Source: Paragordius varius (lineage: Eukaryota > Animalia > Nematomorpha). From it: a stretch of DNA of 64,000 nucleotides. Of the stretch, positions 38,601-51,224 are shown piece by piece. The stretch lies in NCBI GenBank assembly GCA_964247055.1, contig OZ176051.1, positions 8,680,001-8,744,000 of the forward strand, in the 5' to 3' direction. A program made the position numbers and the translations under genes. Numbering within the stretch: the first letter of the stretch is position 1; each line of letters begins with the position of its first letter. The notes beneath the pieces are model-generated. The model was not told where the DNA came from. It saw only the letters and a program-made list of their open reading frames with translations, and searched no databases.

Positions 38601-41600
38601 TGCCCCTAAATTTTTGGGGTCTCATTTTCCAAGGGAATTTTAGATTAAACAAATGTTCGTTTAATTTTTTACTCCCCTTTTATGCGCACTATGTTGTAAT
38701 ATAGACAATTAATTTTGATGTCCTCACCTAGTGCAAAGGTTTAAAAATTTTGGCATATAAAAATATTTTCACTGGATAGATTACAGAATTTTTGATTAGT
38801 TAAGATACCAAATATTGTCATACAGATAATGCTTATATTATTCTAGAATTATGAATTAAAATTGATCGGAGTCATATTAATCAAAATATAAATTAAAAAT
38901 ATTTAAAATAAAATAAATATATAATGTTAAATAAATAAATATATATATGAAATAAATACTCGCAATTCATTATCTGATGCAGAATTCTTAAATATAGATG
39001 GTGTGTGTGGGTTTGGAATTTTTTCGGAATAGTTAGTGTTCATGTAAGGAGAAGTGATATTGATATTGTTCTGAAGACAAAATCGATTTAGTAAAACTAT
39101 AATGTTCTGACATGTTTCCAAAAGATTTGACTCATTTGTAGGGAGAATATTCGGTAATGCGTGTAAAGTTGAATCTGAATTGTTAGTCATTCTTGTGACA
39201 ATGCTAGAAATATTTCAATAAAAAAATAATATATAAATATGGAAAAATAATTATAAATTGTAAAAACATATCATCATGTATAATCAAAACTTGGGAATGG
39301 TTTAAATAATAAATAAGCATCATTATTTACACACAATATTCTTTCTCCTCGACAATATTAACACAAATCTGGCTTTTTGATAAAATAACCTAGAAAGAAA
39401 TACCGATGACCAGTTTTAGAAGCACAATTCCAATATTTTTTAATATTTTATTTAATGAAATTAGAATATACATGTATGTACTAGAGTGTTAATATAGGGC
39501 ATCTTGTTATTATAAAATATTTAAATATGATCACAATGCAAATGAATATGTTATAATCCAATACAATTTGATATAAAACTATTTAATTACACTCGTCGAC
39601 AAATTTGGACATTTTTAAGCACCACCACTCAAACTTTTTAAATTATGACTAATTTCAGTGTTTTAAAACCGAATTTGAAAAAAATTTTGATCCCGCCAAT
39701 CAGAATTTTGAAATTTTATAGGTTTTTCAATTTTTCAAAAACAAGAGAAAATCGAGAGAAAATTAAATATAACTTTATAATAAAATGTTATTATATTATA
39801 AACTTAATATCATTAAATAAAGCGTTTTAAACTCTATCTTTTGAATATAAATATGTCATTTAAATATCATAGAGAAAAAAATAGTACGGACTTAAACGTC
39901 AAAATTTAGTCTTTTTTTTCAAATGAATTTTTAACACATATAAAAATTTTTTAAAAAAATACTAAAGGCATTCTATGGTTTAAACCTTCGGCTTTCAGAT
40001 AGGCTATATTTTTTGTTAGATTTCGTTCTTTCGAGTACTTATTAGACTTTTTCTCTTGAGTTGGTTCTTATAAAAAATCTTTTATTTATACCTAGTAGAT
40101 ATACCTTATTTTTTTGAAATTATTGGTTGTTTTGTGAATTTCAGATGGATGTTGTGTAGCCACTTTTAGTAGAATTAACTGTTATGGGGTTGGACCATTT
40201 GTAAACTAATTTATATTCAATTTAATTGTAGAATTTATCTAACTTTATTCTGTAAATTGGTTAATTTGACATGTCAATTTGCCACGATTTTGCTTGCAAG
40301 TCTCTCTTAATGGACTTTACGATTACTTATTGTTATCTTTGCCATATCTGGCATAATTATAGGATCGCTTGGGGGATATGCAGAGCTTGTGCAGCCGCCC
40401 ATATCTATCACACTATACATAAGCCCCTTTTAGATTTTTAATACTTTGGCTCTTAGCTTGTTTAGTATCTAATCTAATGCCTAAAATTTGTTATCCATGC
40501 ATGGAATATTACTTGTATCGACTTGCTTGTTTGAATATTTAAACATATGTACACGAGGAATGACTGTTATTTTTAAATTAAATACAAATTTAAAAATTAA
40601 ATTTCGGAAAAATCCTATTGATGGCCTCAATTTTCTTTTTTGTTTTGGCCTTTCCATGCCATTAGGTATCAGAAAATGCAAAAATAATGGGGTGGTGCAA
40701 AACCTTGTTGAGCAGTGTTATCTAAGTGATTGAGTTTGACTGGTATTAAATGCAATTATGCTGTAACTATGACCACTTATAAGATATTCTATTTCCCACA
40801 TAATTTCAAATAAAATAATGCTATAAATATAAAAATTGTACATTTAATCAATTGAATAAATATTTAAATTATTTGCCATTTACAAACAAACGCTTCTAGA
40901 AGCAAGTCAAAATCTGAACCCATTAATAATTAATTAAACTTTTATTTTAAAGCTAATACCATTGATCAATTTCGATATATCTAATTTTATAAATTACATT
41001 TAACCCAAAATTCTTAATATTTATTAGCTAAAATTATCTTAAATATTGTGTTTATTTATATAAATTAATATTTTTTTTTCATAATTTTGAAACTTCTAAA
41101 ATCGAAAATATATAGTTCCTAAATCATAGTTAACAGATTGGATTTTTACATTATTAAATTTTTCATGTCACAAAAACCCAAATTATTGGGAAATTGATAT
41201 CGATACAGCTTATTAGCGGTTTGATTTAATTATAAGGTCAAATATGTAATTTAAAAAACCACATCAAAAATGCTAATGAACCAACCAAAGATGTTGTAAT
41301 AATAGCAATATACAAAACGTTTTATTTAGGTTTTTTGGAATTTCATCAAAAATATAAAAATAAACATAATAATTGCCAATCGATAATATTGCCAAATTGA
41401 TTACTTGTAAATCATAGAAACGGATTGTTTGATGGCTGTTTTTTCACAAATTTCATTGTTAAGGGCAGTTAATATTTGCCGATATAATTCATCTGATTCT
41501 TGTCGTTTGTTTGCCATCTTTTGAGTCATTATTCTTTATTATATTAAAATATTGAATATATTAGATTTTTAATAGTTACTAATACAGTAGCGTATGGCAT

Positions 41601-44600
41601 AAAACATTATTCGTCCATATAAGAAAAAAAATTTTTTTTTAAAAAAAACAAGCCTAGATATAGATAATCCATAATACCCTATTTTTTTAAAAAAAATTAT
41701 TTATTTTTTTAAGGACTAGTATTGTTTTATGCCACACACTACTGTAATTTATAGGCGTCTGTCTAAGAACCTTTGTAATAATAAAAGCTAATAAAATTTA
41801 AACTGTCAAGTGTGGTGTGTTAATCTAATAGATAATATCGTAGCGACACGATGTATCAGAATAGGATATTTAACTTATAAATCTCGGATATGTAAAAATT
41901 GACATTGATTTAATTAGGTCGTTCGTATAGCTGTAATTTCACGCTTTATTCAAGTTTTCATGACATCTTACCTTTGCAAAAAAAGTTGTACTCATGTAAC
42001 CATCCACCCTTAAAAGCTATCGATTGTCTCTTAATATAGGACATTTATTTATTAATGTTGACTTAAGAGATCATCGTTTTACAAAAACGCCTACTTTAAA
42101 AAAAGTTATCAAATTTTGTTGATCATAAAAAATATTTTTTTTTAAATTACAATAACTATTTTACAAGTTGATAAAGGGTATGTCTAGCCTTAAAGCGAAT
42201 GTAATTTAAAACTTTATCTTGTGGTATTGAAACCTATTTTTGAACAAGTTGGATTAAGCTAATTTTAAAAAAGTTGTAGGACTATAGTTGGCGCATTTAT
42301 TAATGAATAGATTTACAGTATTAGAAAACCACGTTTTTTGGAGAATATTATTGAATAATTTAATTTTATTATGAAACATTTTTTACACTTTATATTAATA
42401 TATTATGTATATGCCCAAAAAACAAATTCTTCAAAAGTAATATATTTTTTAACTTCTATCGCAAAAATTTAGGGCATTGGGTTGATTGGGTAACAATTAA
42501 TGAAAATCAGTTTTCAACCTATAATAAATTTATGAAAAATTGACATTTCTTACAAATATAAGATAATTGTGACTTTCATTAAAATATTTGTCATAAATAA
42601 ATATATTAATTATATCATTAACTGTCATATATATCCTTTTAATTTTAAAAAGATTTTTATTACCTATTTTTTTCTTATAGTCATTTATAAAATAATTAAC
42701 GACATATTTAATGCTATATATATAGTAAAAATAACATGTACATAGATGATTTCTCTTATAGATATAAAGGGATTTCAGCTTACAATTATGATTTTTTTCT
42801 ATAAGAAAAGTTTTTAATCGGATTAACTAATTACAGTGGCGCATGGTGAAAAGCAACAAATGGTTGAAATTAAACAAGTTTTTTCCATCTTTTAAAATTA
42901 ATTTTGTCAATTTATTATTGCCGAATACTTTTTATACTATACGCTTCTGTTTTTTAGAACATGCAAGAAAAAACTTGAGAAAACCAGTCTAAACAAATGA
43001 TAATGATAAAAAATCAATTGCTTTGTAGCAAAAGTAATAATTTGATCAATAATATATATATCCACCCTTTCTTTAAATTTAAATGTTGTATATAAAACAT
43101 CAGTAAAATAAAAATGTTATCGATTGAAATTCGCCCCGTAGATTTTAACCTTTTGAATGATTTTATTGATGAAGAGTATGATGATAGAGATTTCTCAAAC
43201 CATGAAATCAAAATGCGATATAAAATTTGTCCGGATGGCTTTTTAGGAGCATTCATACAAAATGAACTGGCAGGTTTGATATTTACACAGTTGACAATAC
43301 ATATATACCTTTGTTTGTCCAACAATTTTTTCAACTTAAATATGTACATAATATAACTAAACTCTTATGCCAGTATCTTAATTTACTGCCTTATTGTCAA
43401 TATTTTCCATATTTTTAGCAAAAATTCTTCTCATATAAATTTGCCATGCCATACTAGATATATATTTATTATGGTTCAAAAATAATGGTGTTTAGGACTA
43501 TAAGCCTATTGCACCTCAAATCTGAACCGAAAGCTCCTGATTGAGACAGAACAGTTTATTTTTATACCTTTAAAAATTGCAAAGTTTTGATTTAAACCCC
43601 CGATAAAGCATCCTGGCGGTTTCATCGCTAAAAATAATTGGCACCCCTATGTTTTTTTAAAAAATGGGTTGAATAAGTGAAAAGCTGAAAAAAATCAGAA
43701 TTTGTTATTTTATGAAATAAGCGCTATATATAATTTCAAAAACTTCATAGGTTCAATTAATGATATTCTTATTAAAGAGGGCTGGCTAACTCTCAATAAT
43801 ACATCGCGATCGCAATAATATTAAAATTGAAAAGACAAAAAATTAACTTTTATTGATATATTTTAAATTAGGGGTGTCCAACACAAATGGCTTCGCGGGC
43901 CGCATTTCAAATATATATGGGCATCATTAATAAATTATTAGATTTGTAACAAATGATTCTAAAGACAAAACAATTTGACATTTTATTCTAATTGCCATTT
44001 ATAAAGACTTATTTAAAATTTTTTCTGAAAAATATCGATTTTAAAGTGTTGGACTCTTTTAAATGAAAGTTTTTATAAGTTAATATATACATATATATAT
44101 ATAATTTTTAGGCATCATTTATTGTATGCTTTTGGGCGACAAATTTTCGACCTGTGGTTGGTTTTATGTAAAAAAAGAGTTTAGGGCCCAAGGAATCGGA
44201 TCTCTGCTATTCAAGGCTATGGAATTCAAAGCCTCAACGAGATGCATATGTTTGAATGCTATGGAAGAGACTATACTAGTGTACGCTAAGAAGGGTATGT
44301 CTGGTCCCCATTTTACAAGTATAATTATATGAATGACTAACAAATCTAGTTTCTTATTATCTAATACATAACATTGCACAAATATTGCAAGAATCTATGC
44401 CTTACCTGTACCAAATCCGTAAGAACATAGGCCAAAATAATTTGGTCATAATTTCAGCCCAAAGCATCCCTTTAGCTAACTTAGTAGAGTATGACTCTGC
44501 TATACATGGGGGTGTCGGCCGAAAATTTTTCATAGAAGAGATGATGTATTCTCCGCAATCCAAAAAATCGAATATTGCATTGGTTTGTACATCTAAATGT

Positions 44601-47600
44601 CAGCAAACATCCACTCCACATATATTAGGGTATGGGATGATAGTCGCAAATAAAACAGGACACACATTGGCTCCCCTGTATGCATGTGATTGGCAAATAG
44701 CAACTCTTATACTTATAGAATTGCTTGTGCAATTTAATAATGCAGTACCTCACACTGGAAATTATCATAAAAATGCATGCCGAAAATCAAATAATGACAA
44801 AGCCATTTTGTCAGACACATACATATGTCACGACAAAGCATTAACTATAAATTTGATAAAAAACGATGAATTTGATCAGCCAGATTCCGTATATGAGATA
44901 TTGCTCAATATCCTTCAGGCCAAATTTTATTTAGATATGTTTCGTATGTGTAAGGGTGAGGCTCCCAACCTCAATTTAAATCATGTGTATGCAGCTTCAA
45001 GTTTTGATGCATTTTTGATATAAATTCTGTTTATATTTTGATTTTAGATATTGTTTATAGAATAGCACATTATTATTTTTGTTATTTCACCATATGTTTT
45101 CTAATAAAATCACACATTTATTGAAGGAAAACTTGAAGTCTCTCTATATTTTAAAACCGGAGTCGATGGTAATTTCAAAATAAAAATAGTCATCACAGAA
45201 TGGCTGAGAACTGGAGTGTTATATAATCGGTCAAACAAATTAGTTATATAATATATTAGTAAGTTAGAAAAAGAACATTATATTTTAAATATGAACGAAA
45301 TCCATTTGGTTTTATGATATAAAAACGGGTCAAGCATGGATCATTACTTTTGTTAAAATTTGAATTTAACGCTTTTTTAGGATATATACACTAGTCGACA
45401 AATTTGGACATTTTTAAGCACCACCACTTTTTAAATTATGACTAATTTCAGTGTTTTAAAACCGAATTTGAAAAAAAATTTTGATCCCGCCAATCAGAAT
45501 TTTGAAATTTTATAGGTTTTTCAATTTTTCAAAAACAAGAGAAAATCGAGAGAAAATTAAATATAACTTTATAATAAAATGTTATTATATTATAAACTTA
45601 ATATCATTTAATAAAGCGTTTTAAACTCTATCTTTTGAATATAAATATGTCATTTAAATATCAGAGAGAAAATATAGTACGGACTTAAACGTCAAAATTT
45701 AGTCTTTTTTTTTCAAGTGAATTTTAACACATATAAATTTTTTTTAAAAAAATACTAAAAAAGGCATTCTATGGTTTAAACTTTCGGCTTTCAGATAGGC
45801 TATATTTTTTTTGTTAGATTTCGTTCTTTCGAGTACTTATTAGACTTTTTCTCTTGAGTTGGTTCTTATAAAATATCTTTTATTTATACCTAGTGGATAT
45901 ACCTTATTTTTTTAAAATTATTGGTTGTTTTGTATTTTGAATTTCAGATGGATGTTGTGTAGCCACTTTTAGTAGAATTTACTGTTATGGGGTTGGACCA
46001 TTTTTATTTACCTAATTTATATTCAATTTAATTGTAGAATTTATCAAACTTTATTCTGTAAATTGGTTAATTTGACATGTCAATTTGCCACGATTTTGCT
46101 TGCAAGTCTCTCTTATCGGACTTTACGATTACTTATTGTTATCTTTGCCATATCTGGCATAATTATAGGATCGCTTGGGGGATATGCAGAGCTTGTGCAG
46201 CCGCCCATATCTACCACACTATACATAAGCCCCTTTTAGATTTTTAATACTTTGGCTCTTAACTTGTTTAGTATCTTATTTAATGCCTAGAATTTGTTAT
46301 CCCTGCACGGAATATTACTTATATCGACTTGCTTGTTTGAATATTTAAACATATGTACACGAGGAATGATTGTTATTTTTGAATTAAATACAAATTTAAA
46401 ATTTAAATTTTGGAAAAATCCTATTGGTGGCCTCAATTTTCTTTTTTGTTTTGGCCTTTCCATGCCATTAGGTATCAGAAAATGCAAAAATAATGGGGTG
46501 GTGCAAAACCTTGTTGAGCAGTGATATACATTATAAATAATAAAAAATAATCAAAACTGTAAAATTAATAGTATTCTAACTCGATTTTGTTTCATTTAAC
46601 AATGTTTTTTTACAAATCAGACTGGCTCCAAACGGTAGTAAATCTAAACTAGTCTTGATTTTAAGACTTCTAATACTGTGTTAAAATTGTTTTGAAATCG
46701 ATACCATTAACTCTTATATTGGCACATTTTCACATATTTGAAACAATGTACAAAGAGTATTCCAGCTCTTTCTTTTTTCCTTATCTTATTTGTCATTAAC
46801 ACATAAAATGACTCATTTATATCACCACCGCTGTGACTAAATAAGAAAAAATTTTCTTGCAATGCATAATGCGGAAAAAAAATTGGGGTAAAGATTAAAA
46901 TTGAGTCTCAAAACGTTATTTATATATGATGAGATGTAACGTTTGGGGAGCCTAGCCAGAGGTTAAAATATAGCGCTAGAATCTTTATGTCATGTCTAAG
47001 CCCAAGCAAATTATTTAATAATTAAATTTTAATTTTTTTGACGAATGCGCCAAAAATAGTTGATCAACTTTTTTAATTAATACCCGTATTTAGTCACTCT
47101 TTCCGTAAAATGACTTTTGCACTAAAGACACTCCCAAATTAATTTTAAGGCATTTTTTTCCAAAGTTATAAAACTATGACAATTCGATAGTAGTTTTAGG
47201 AATTGACTGTGGGAAAGCAAAAGTTAGACCAGAACTTTAGAGCTTCTACCTTATTAAAAGTGCTATCAAAAAATAAAGTGGATATAAGTCTTATATACCC
47301 GTTATGAAACTCTATATATAAAATAATTGTTTTAACACCCCTATTTAGGTAGAGATTTAACCTTAATTATTAAGCCATATTTAAATAACGCAACAAAGCA
47401 TCTTATCGGTAAACATAATATTAAAGTCACTTTTTAAATTAACATTTAATAAATGACCTCAGGACCATTTTTTCCAAAAAAATTGTGTCTATAGAGTATT
47501 GATTTTCTGCTTGGATAGATTCAGTAATCATATTGAAATATAAGTTATTACACTGACGTATTACAGCAAACATAGTTTACAAGCTGAAATGACCTTTTAT

Positions 47601-49171
47601 TAAGTTTGTAAATTTGGTTTAACATATGGGGTATTCAACTTTTCAATTACAAAGTTGAAATTCAATTACAAAGTTGAAAAACATCCTATTTTTAATGTAT
47701 AAGGTAATTTGATTTTTTTATTATTTAAATATATGTTATACAAAAGGAGGCTATAAATTATTTCAAGAATATTTAATCTATAACAAACTATAACCACTTT
47801 TTGAAAATATTTTCATAACAGCTTCTTTCAATACTTATTAACCTTTTGGGGTAGTTTTATACCACATGGCAACAATTTTAAATTTAAATATTCAAATATA
47901 TTATCATTAGCCTTTTGGCCATCATAAAAAAAATTTAAAAAATTTTAAATTGTAAAAAAATCCTCATTTCAAACTTTTTTGCCGCCATTTTTTTCTTAAA
48001 AACTGACTTTGGCAGCTTAAAATACAATTTATTAGCAAATTTTTGATAATTTATTTTAATATCAGATATACGTTTCAGTAATGTTTTAAAGGTATCTGAA
48101 TTTGGGACTCTAAAAAATGTAAAAATATTGTTTCAATCTAATACAGAAGAGGGTTTAATAACCAAACTCTAATCAAACAACTTTCAAAACATTAGTATGT
48201 TTATTAATTTAAGATCTGTGGTAAAAAACTACCCAAAATGTCAACGCGGTCAATATAATGAAAAGGTATGAAGGGTCAAAACTCTATATAATGTTAATTG
48301 GAATAGATAAAACACAAAATAAAGCTAATATAAATGCGATTATGACAAATCTATGGATATTAAATAATACAATTAGTTTATGCCTAGAAAAACTATTTTT
48401 TAGCAAAATATATTCTGATATAAATATCATATAAAACTCAGATACATATTAAAAGTTAAAAACATTGTATTTATATGTTGAAATTTTTAGCATTATTTAA
48501 TTGTTCAAGATTAGACTTTATTGAAAATAGAAAATTGTTTTTTACCCCTAAATTTGAGAGTATCCTATAATATGCGCTCAAAAAATTAATCAATTATGAA
48601 AAAAATACTTTGCGGCCAAATATTTTGTTTGGTAGGAACGGCATAAAGCACCAAAATTCTCAACAATATCTTCAAAATTTGACATACTCAATCCATCTGG
48701 TAAGGGTATTTCTGGGTTATTGGACGTTTCTTTATCATCCAAAACAGTTTTACAACGTTCTTCTACCATGCCTTCGAGTTTGCTCATCAATGTGTTACCG
48801 ACTGAAGCCACTAATAAATTTTTTAATTCTGCGTTAACCTATTTTTAAATAATATATAAAACTTTAATTTGTTCATCTAGTTGTTTTCTTATATCTTCTT
48901 GGTTGTTATCAATACGGCTAATATTATTTTCTGGCGCATTGATAGTTATAATATTATTTGAGGATGAATTATTACTTGGTTTATCATTTATTATTTCAAA
49001 AGAATTAGCGCTTGATTCAGAATTTATGGATTCTGGTGAGATTTTATTTTTATCGCTAATTTTTTTGACATGAAATATTCCATTTTTAGAATCTATACGA
49101 TTAATATCGGCCGTTTCGTAAAGGCACAAATTTTTATTTTGGGTTTCAAATTTAAACACATTTGAATTCAT
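32623..49171 (-). CDS. Unknown multi-exon gene X (low-complexity N-terminus plus coiled-coil-like segment; incomplete model)
   Basis: Phase-compatible GT-AG exons 49171-48863, 48838-48609, 48576-48546 (introns of 24 and 32 nt), and separately 41533-41405, 39203-38960, 32769-32623 (phases 2-2, 2-0, 0-stop). Coding-like sequence lies at ~46830-46720. Joining the two exon groups into one gene is inferred. Confidence 0.55.
34940..35610 (+). mobile_element. 3' fragment of an RTE-like LINE inside the left foldback arm
   Basis: YETVVQFKYLGHII, RPVWTYASE, LRYAGHIHR, KNKRGRP..DW, ending in a CAACAACAACA tail. Confidence 0.75.
36231..36973 (+). pseudogene. C-terminal half of a CMC/Chapaev-like DNA transposase with introns (mirrored on the minus strand at ~35650-36227)
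   Basis: Motifs GLKGGYPAYACLFC, IIPPLHIKLGL, EGPAY, GYLTGPQI, MNPVEKRAF, GANMSIKLH, NGERFHQ, YYW. A 60-nt GT-AG intron lies at 36729-36788 and a probable 24-nt intron at 36349-36372. Frameshifts are present. The family assignment is from memory of this motif set. Confidence 0.7.
37022..37690 (-). mobile_element. 3' fragment of the same RTE-like LINE inside the right foldback arm
   Basis: Mirror copy of 34940-35610. ORFs 37046..37336 and 37381..37689 contain FKYLGHIIT and KRGRP. Tail TGTTGTTGTTG at ~37022. Confidence 0.75.
39590..40717. mobile_element. Non-autonomous CMC-type DNA transposon (CACT...AGTG termini, 3-bp TSD TTA), copy 1
   Basis: Starts CACTCGTCGACAA and ends TTGTTGAGCAGTG (imperfect 13-bp TIR). 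TTA on both flanks. Closely similar to 45389-46523. Confidence 0.9.
41585..41744. mobile_element. 160-bp Tc1/mariner-type MITE
   Basis: TA-CAGTAGCGTATGGCATAAAACA...TGTTTTATGCCACACACTACTG-TA: inverted ends flanked by TA. Confidence 0.75.
43114..45023 (+). CDS. GNAT-family N-acetyltransferase with YitH/Acetyltransf_18-like C-terminal domain (3 exons)
   Basis: Exons 43114-43273, 44112-44294 (or -44318) and 44350-45023, all phase 1, with branch-like GACTAAC before the 44349 acceptor. Acetyl-CoA motif A WFYVKKEFRAQGIGSLLF, then LNA..YAKKG. C-terminal LVEYDSAI..R, LGYGMI, LAPLYA..IA. Confidence 0.85.
45389..46523. mobile_element. Non-autonomous CMC-type DNA transposon, copy 2 (TSD ATA)
   Basis: Starts CACTAGTCGACAA and ends TTGTTGAGCAGTG. 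ATA on both flanks. Direct repeat of 39590-40717. Confidence 0.9.
47838..48279. mobile_element. Second TTAA-type MITE (family B); related sequence at ~33157-33637
   Basis: TTAACCTTTTGGGGTAGTTTTATACCACA near the left end is mirrored by TGTGGTAAAAAACTACCCAAAA near the right end, which closes GAAGGGTCAA. Confidence 0.5.
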
Positions 49172-49207
49172 ACATGCACAATAACATATATAAATGAAAT
49201 AAAAATA

Positions 49208-49785
49208 TTAACACTTGGATGCAACACACTCATTTTAGTCCTTCGATTCAGTTTGGGGTAGTTAGATACCCCAGGCCTGTTAAAAATTAAATACTTTAAA
49301 AAGTATGAAAGGAATCGAAACCATGGCAAAATTTTGCACTTATATATCATTTATAAACCGAAATATATAAAAAAATATATTCAAAAATACTTGATATTAC
49401 TTATTTTAAGCTACAACCGAAAAGTAAAAATTTCATCAACGTGACATGTGTAAATTGGTAAAATTAAAAAATAATCCAAAAAAGCGCTTTTTCTATTTTT
49501 ATCAATGTTAGATGCAATTTAAATAAAAAATTAGCTTTAATTTTACCCTTGAAATTAAATGAAAACGATATTTTGCAAAAATTTTGTATAATAAAAATGG
49601 CGTCGATATAGTTTGACATGGACTTTTTTTTCACAACAAAATTTTATTTAGATATTTTGACATATTTATATAATTATTATTAGGATAGAAGCATAAATTT
49701 AAACTGGGACCGTTTCCTTTAGTAGTTTTTTAAAAATATTAATTTAAATTTAGTCTAGATACCCCAATTTGAATCGAAGTGTTAA
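49208..49785 (+). mobile_element. TTAA MITE family A copy
   Basis: TTAACACTTGGAT...GAATCGAAGTGTTAA termini. Confidence 0.8.
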
Positions 49786-50220
49786 AATAGCATTTTATGT
49801 CTAATGCTCTTGATCAAATTTTTTTTTTGATTTATGAACTAATGACAAATCCAAATTTTGTGGGCACCATTAAAAAACATACTACTATTAAAATATTGAT
49901 GTACTGCCATAAATATAAAGCATTGTTTTTTAAAATGAGTTCTATTTTGTTCATAATTCTCTAATTTTAGAAACTAGCTACCGAAAATAACACAGGCCGC
50001 ACGAAAATTTTAATGAAAGATATTTTTGATCATAAAATACATCTAAATAAATATGATTGGGTGATATGAAAAAATTACCATTTATATAACTGATGTTTAT
50101 CAAAATATGACAACATTTTATTGAATAATTTTTTCGGTAGAAATCAGAGGCTTAAAATATCATTAAAACAACAATGTGAGGGCTCCCGAAATAGTTTTGA
50201 TTTCTCTAAATGGCGTTTGC

Positions 50221-50780
50221 TTAACACTTCGATTCAAATTTGCTATCTAAATACCCCAAACTAAATTTGAGTTTAGATTAAAACTACTGAAGGTATGGTC
50301 CCAATTCAAATTTTTGCTTCTATCCAAATAAAAATTATATAAATATGCCAAATATATAAATAGAATTTTGTTTTGAAAAAAGACTTCCATGTCAAACTAT
50401 ATCGACGCCATTTTTATTTTACAAAATTTTTGCTAAATATCTTTTTTATATAATAAGGGTAAAATTGAAGCTAATTTGTTATTATTACATCTAACATTGA
50501 TAGAAATAAAAAAAGTGGTTTATTTTGTATTATTTTTCAATTTAACCATTACACACATGTCACGTTGACTAAATTTTTACCTTTCAGCTTAAAATAAGTA
50601 ATATCAAATATTTTTGAATAAATTTTTTATATATTACGGATTAATGTTATATAGGTGCAAAATTTTGCCATTTTGATTCCTTCCATATTTATAAAATTTA
50701 ATTTTAAACAACCCTAGGGTATTTAACTACCCCAATTCGAATCGAAGGACTAAAAGGAATGTGTTTTATCCAAGTGTTAA
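50221..50780 (-). mobile_element. TTAA MITE family A copy, inverted relative to 49208-49785
   Basis: TTAACACTTCGATTC...ATCCAAGTGTTAA; colinear reverse complement of the previous copy. Confidence 0.8.
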
Positions 50781-51224
50781 AAACGCAAAAATTCTAGATT
50801 CGAAATTTTTTTTAAATATGCTAAATTCTGACAATTACTTTCCGAAATAGTATATTTAGGGTAAAAATTTTATTGGAAAAATTTTGGTAATTTATGGTAT
50901 ATTGAAGTATAGTGGAAGTATAAAAATATTTAAGGGTTGAAACTCGTTATATAAAATATGCTGATCTTTTTCATATTAAATAAAAGATTTGTTTGTCTAT
51001 ATTTAAATTATATATTGTGTTGATATGAAATAATCATTTTGAATAAAACACATTTTAACACTATTACCTTTTCACTTTTTTGTCCTAGTTTATCATTTAG
51101 GTAATTTTATATTTCCGGACTCAATTTTGTATATAAACAGCAGTTTTGAAAGTTATTTTAGTTAAAACTTAATTATAAACATTGTTCTCATTTCTTAGAA
51201 AATATTTTTTGCATTTGTGACTTT

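Larger units (their letters stand above)
33921..38693. mobile_element. 4.8-kb foldback: ~2.3-kb inverted arms (33921-36227 / 36405-38693) around a 177-bp spacer
   Basis: The arms are colinear reverse complements with scattered substitutions and indels (e.g. CAACCATTCGATACACAATAATTCTG ~34995 vs CAGAATTATTGTGTATCGAATGGTTG ~37600). Outer ends are CACAGTGCAC (33921) and GCGCACTATG (ends 38693). Confidence 0.92.

Noticed and set aside
39590-46523. Composite transposon that carried the GNAT gene
   Set aside because: Each MITE copy has its own TSD (TTA, ATA) and the outer flanks differ, so they inserted independently.
46940-47010. tRNA or tRNA-derived SINE head (GGGGAGCCTAGCCAGAGGTTAA)
   Set aside because: It has only an A-box-like start, with no B box or cloverleaf.
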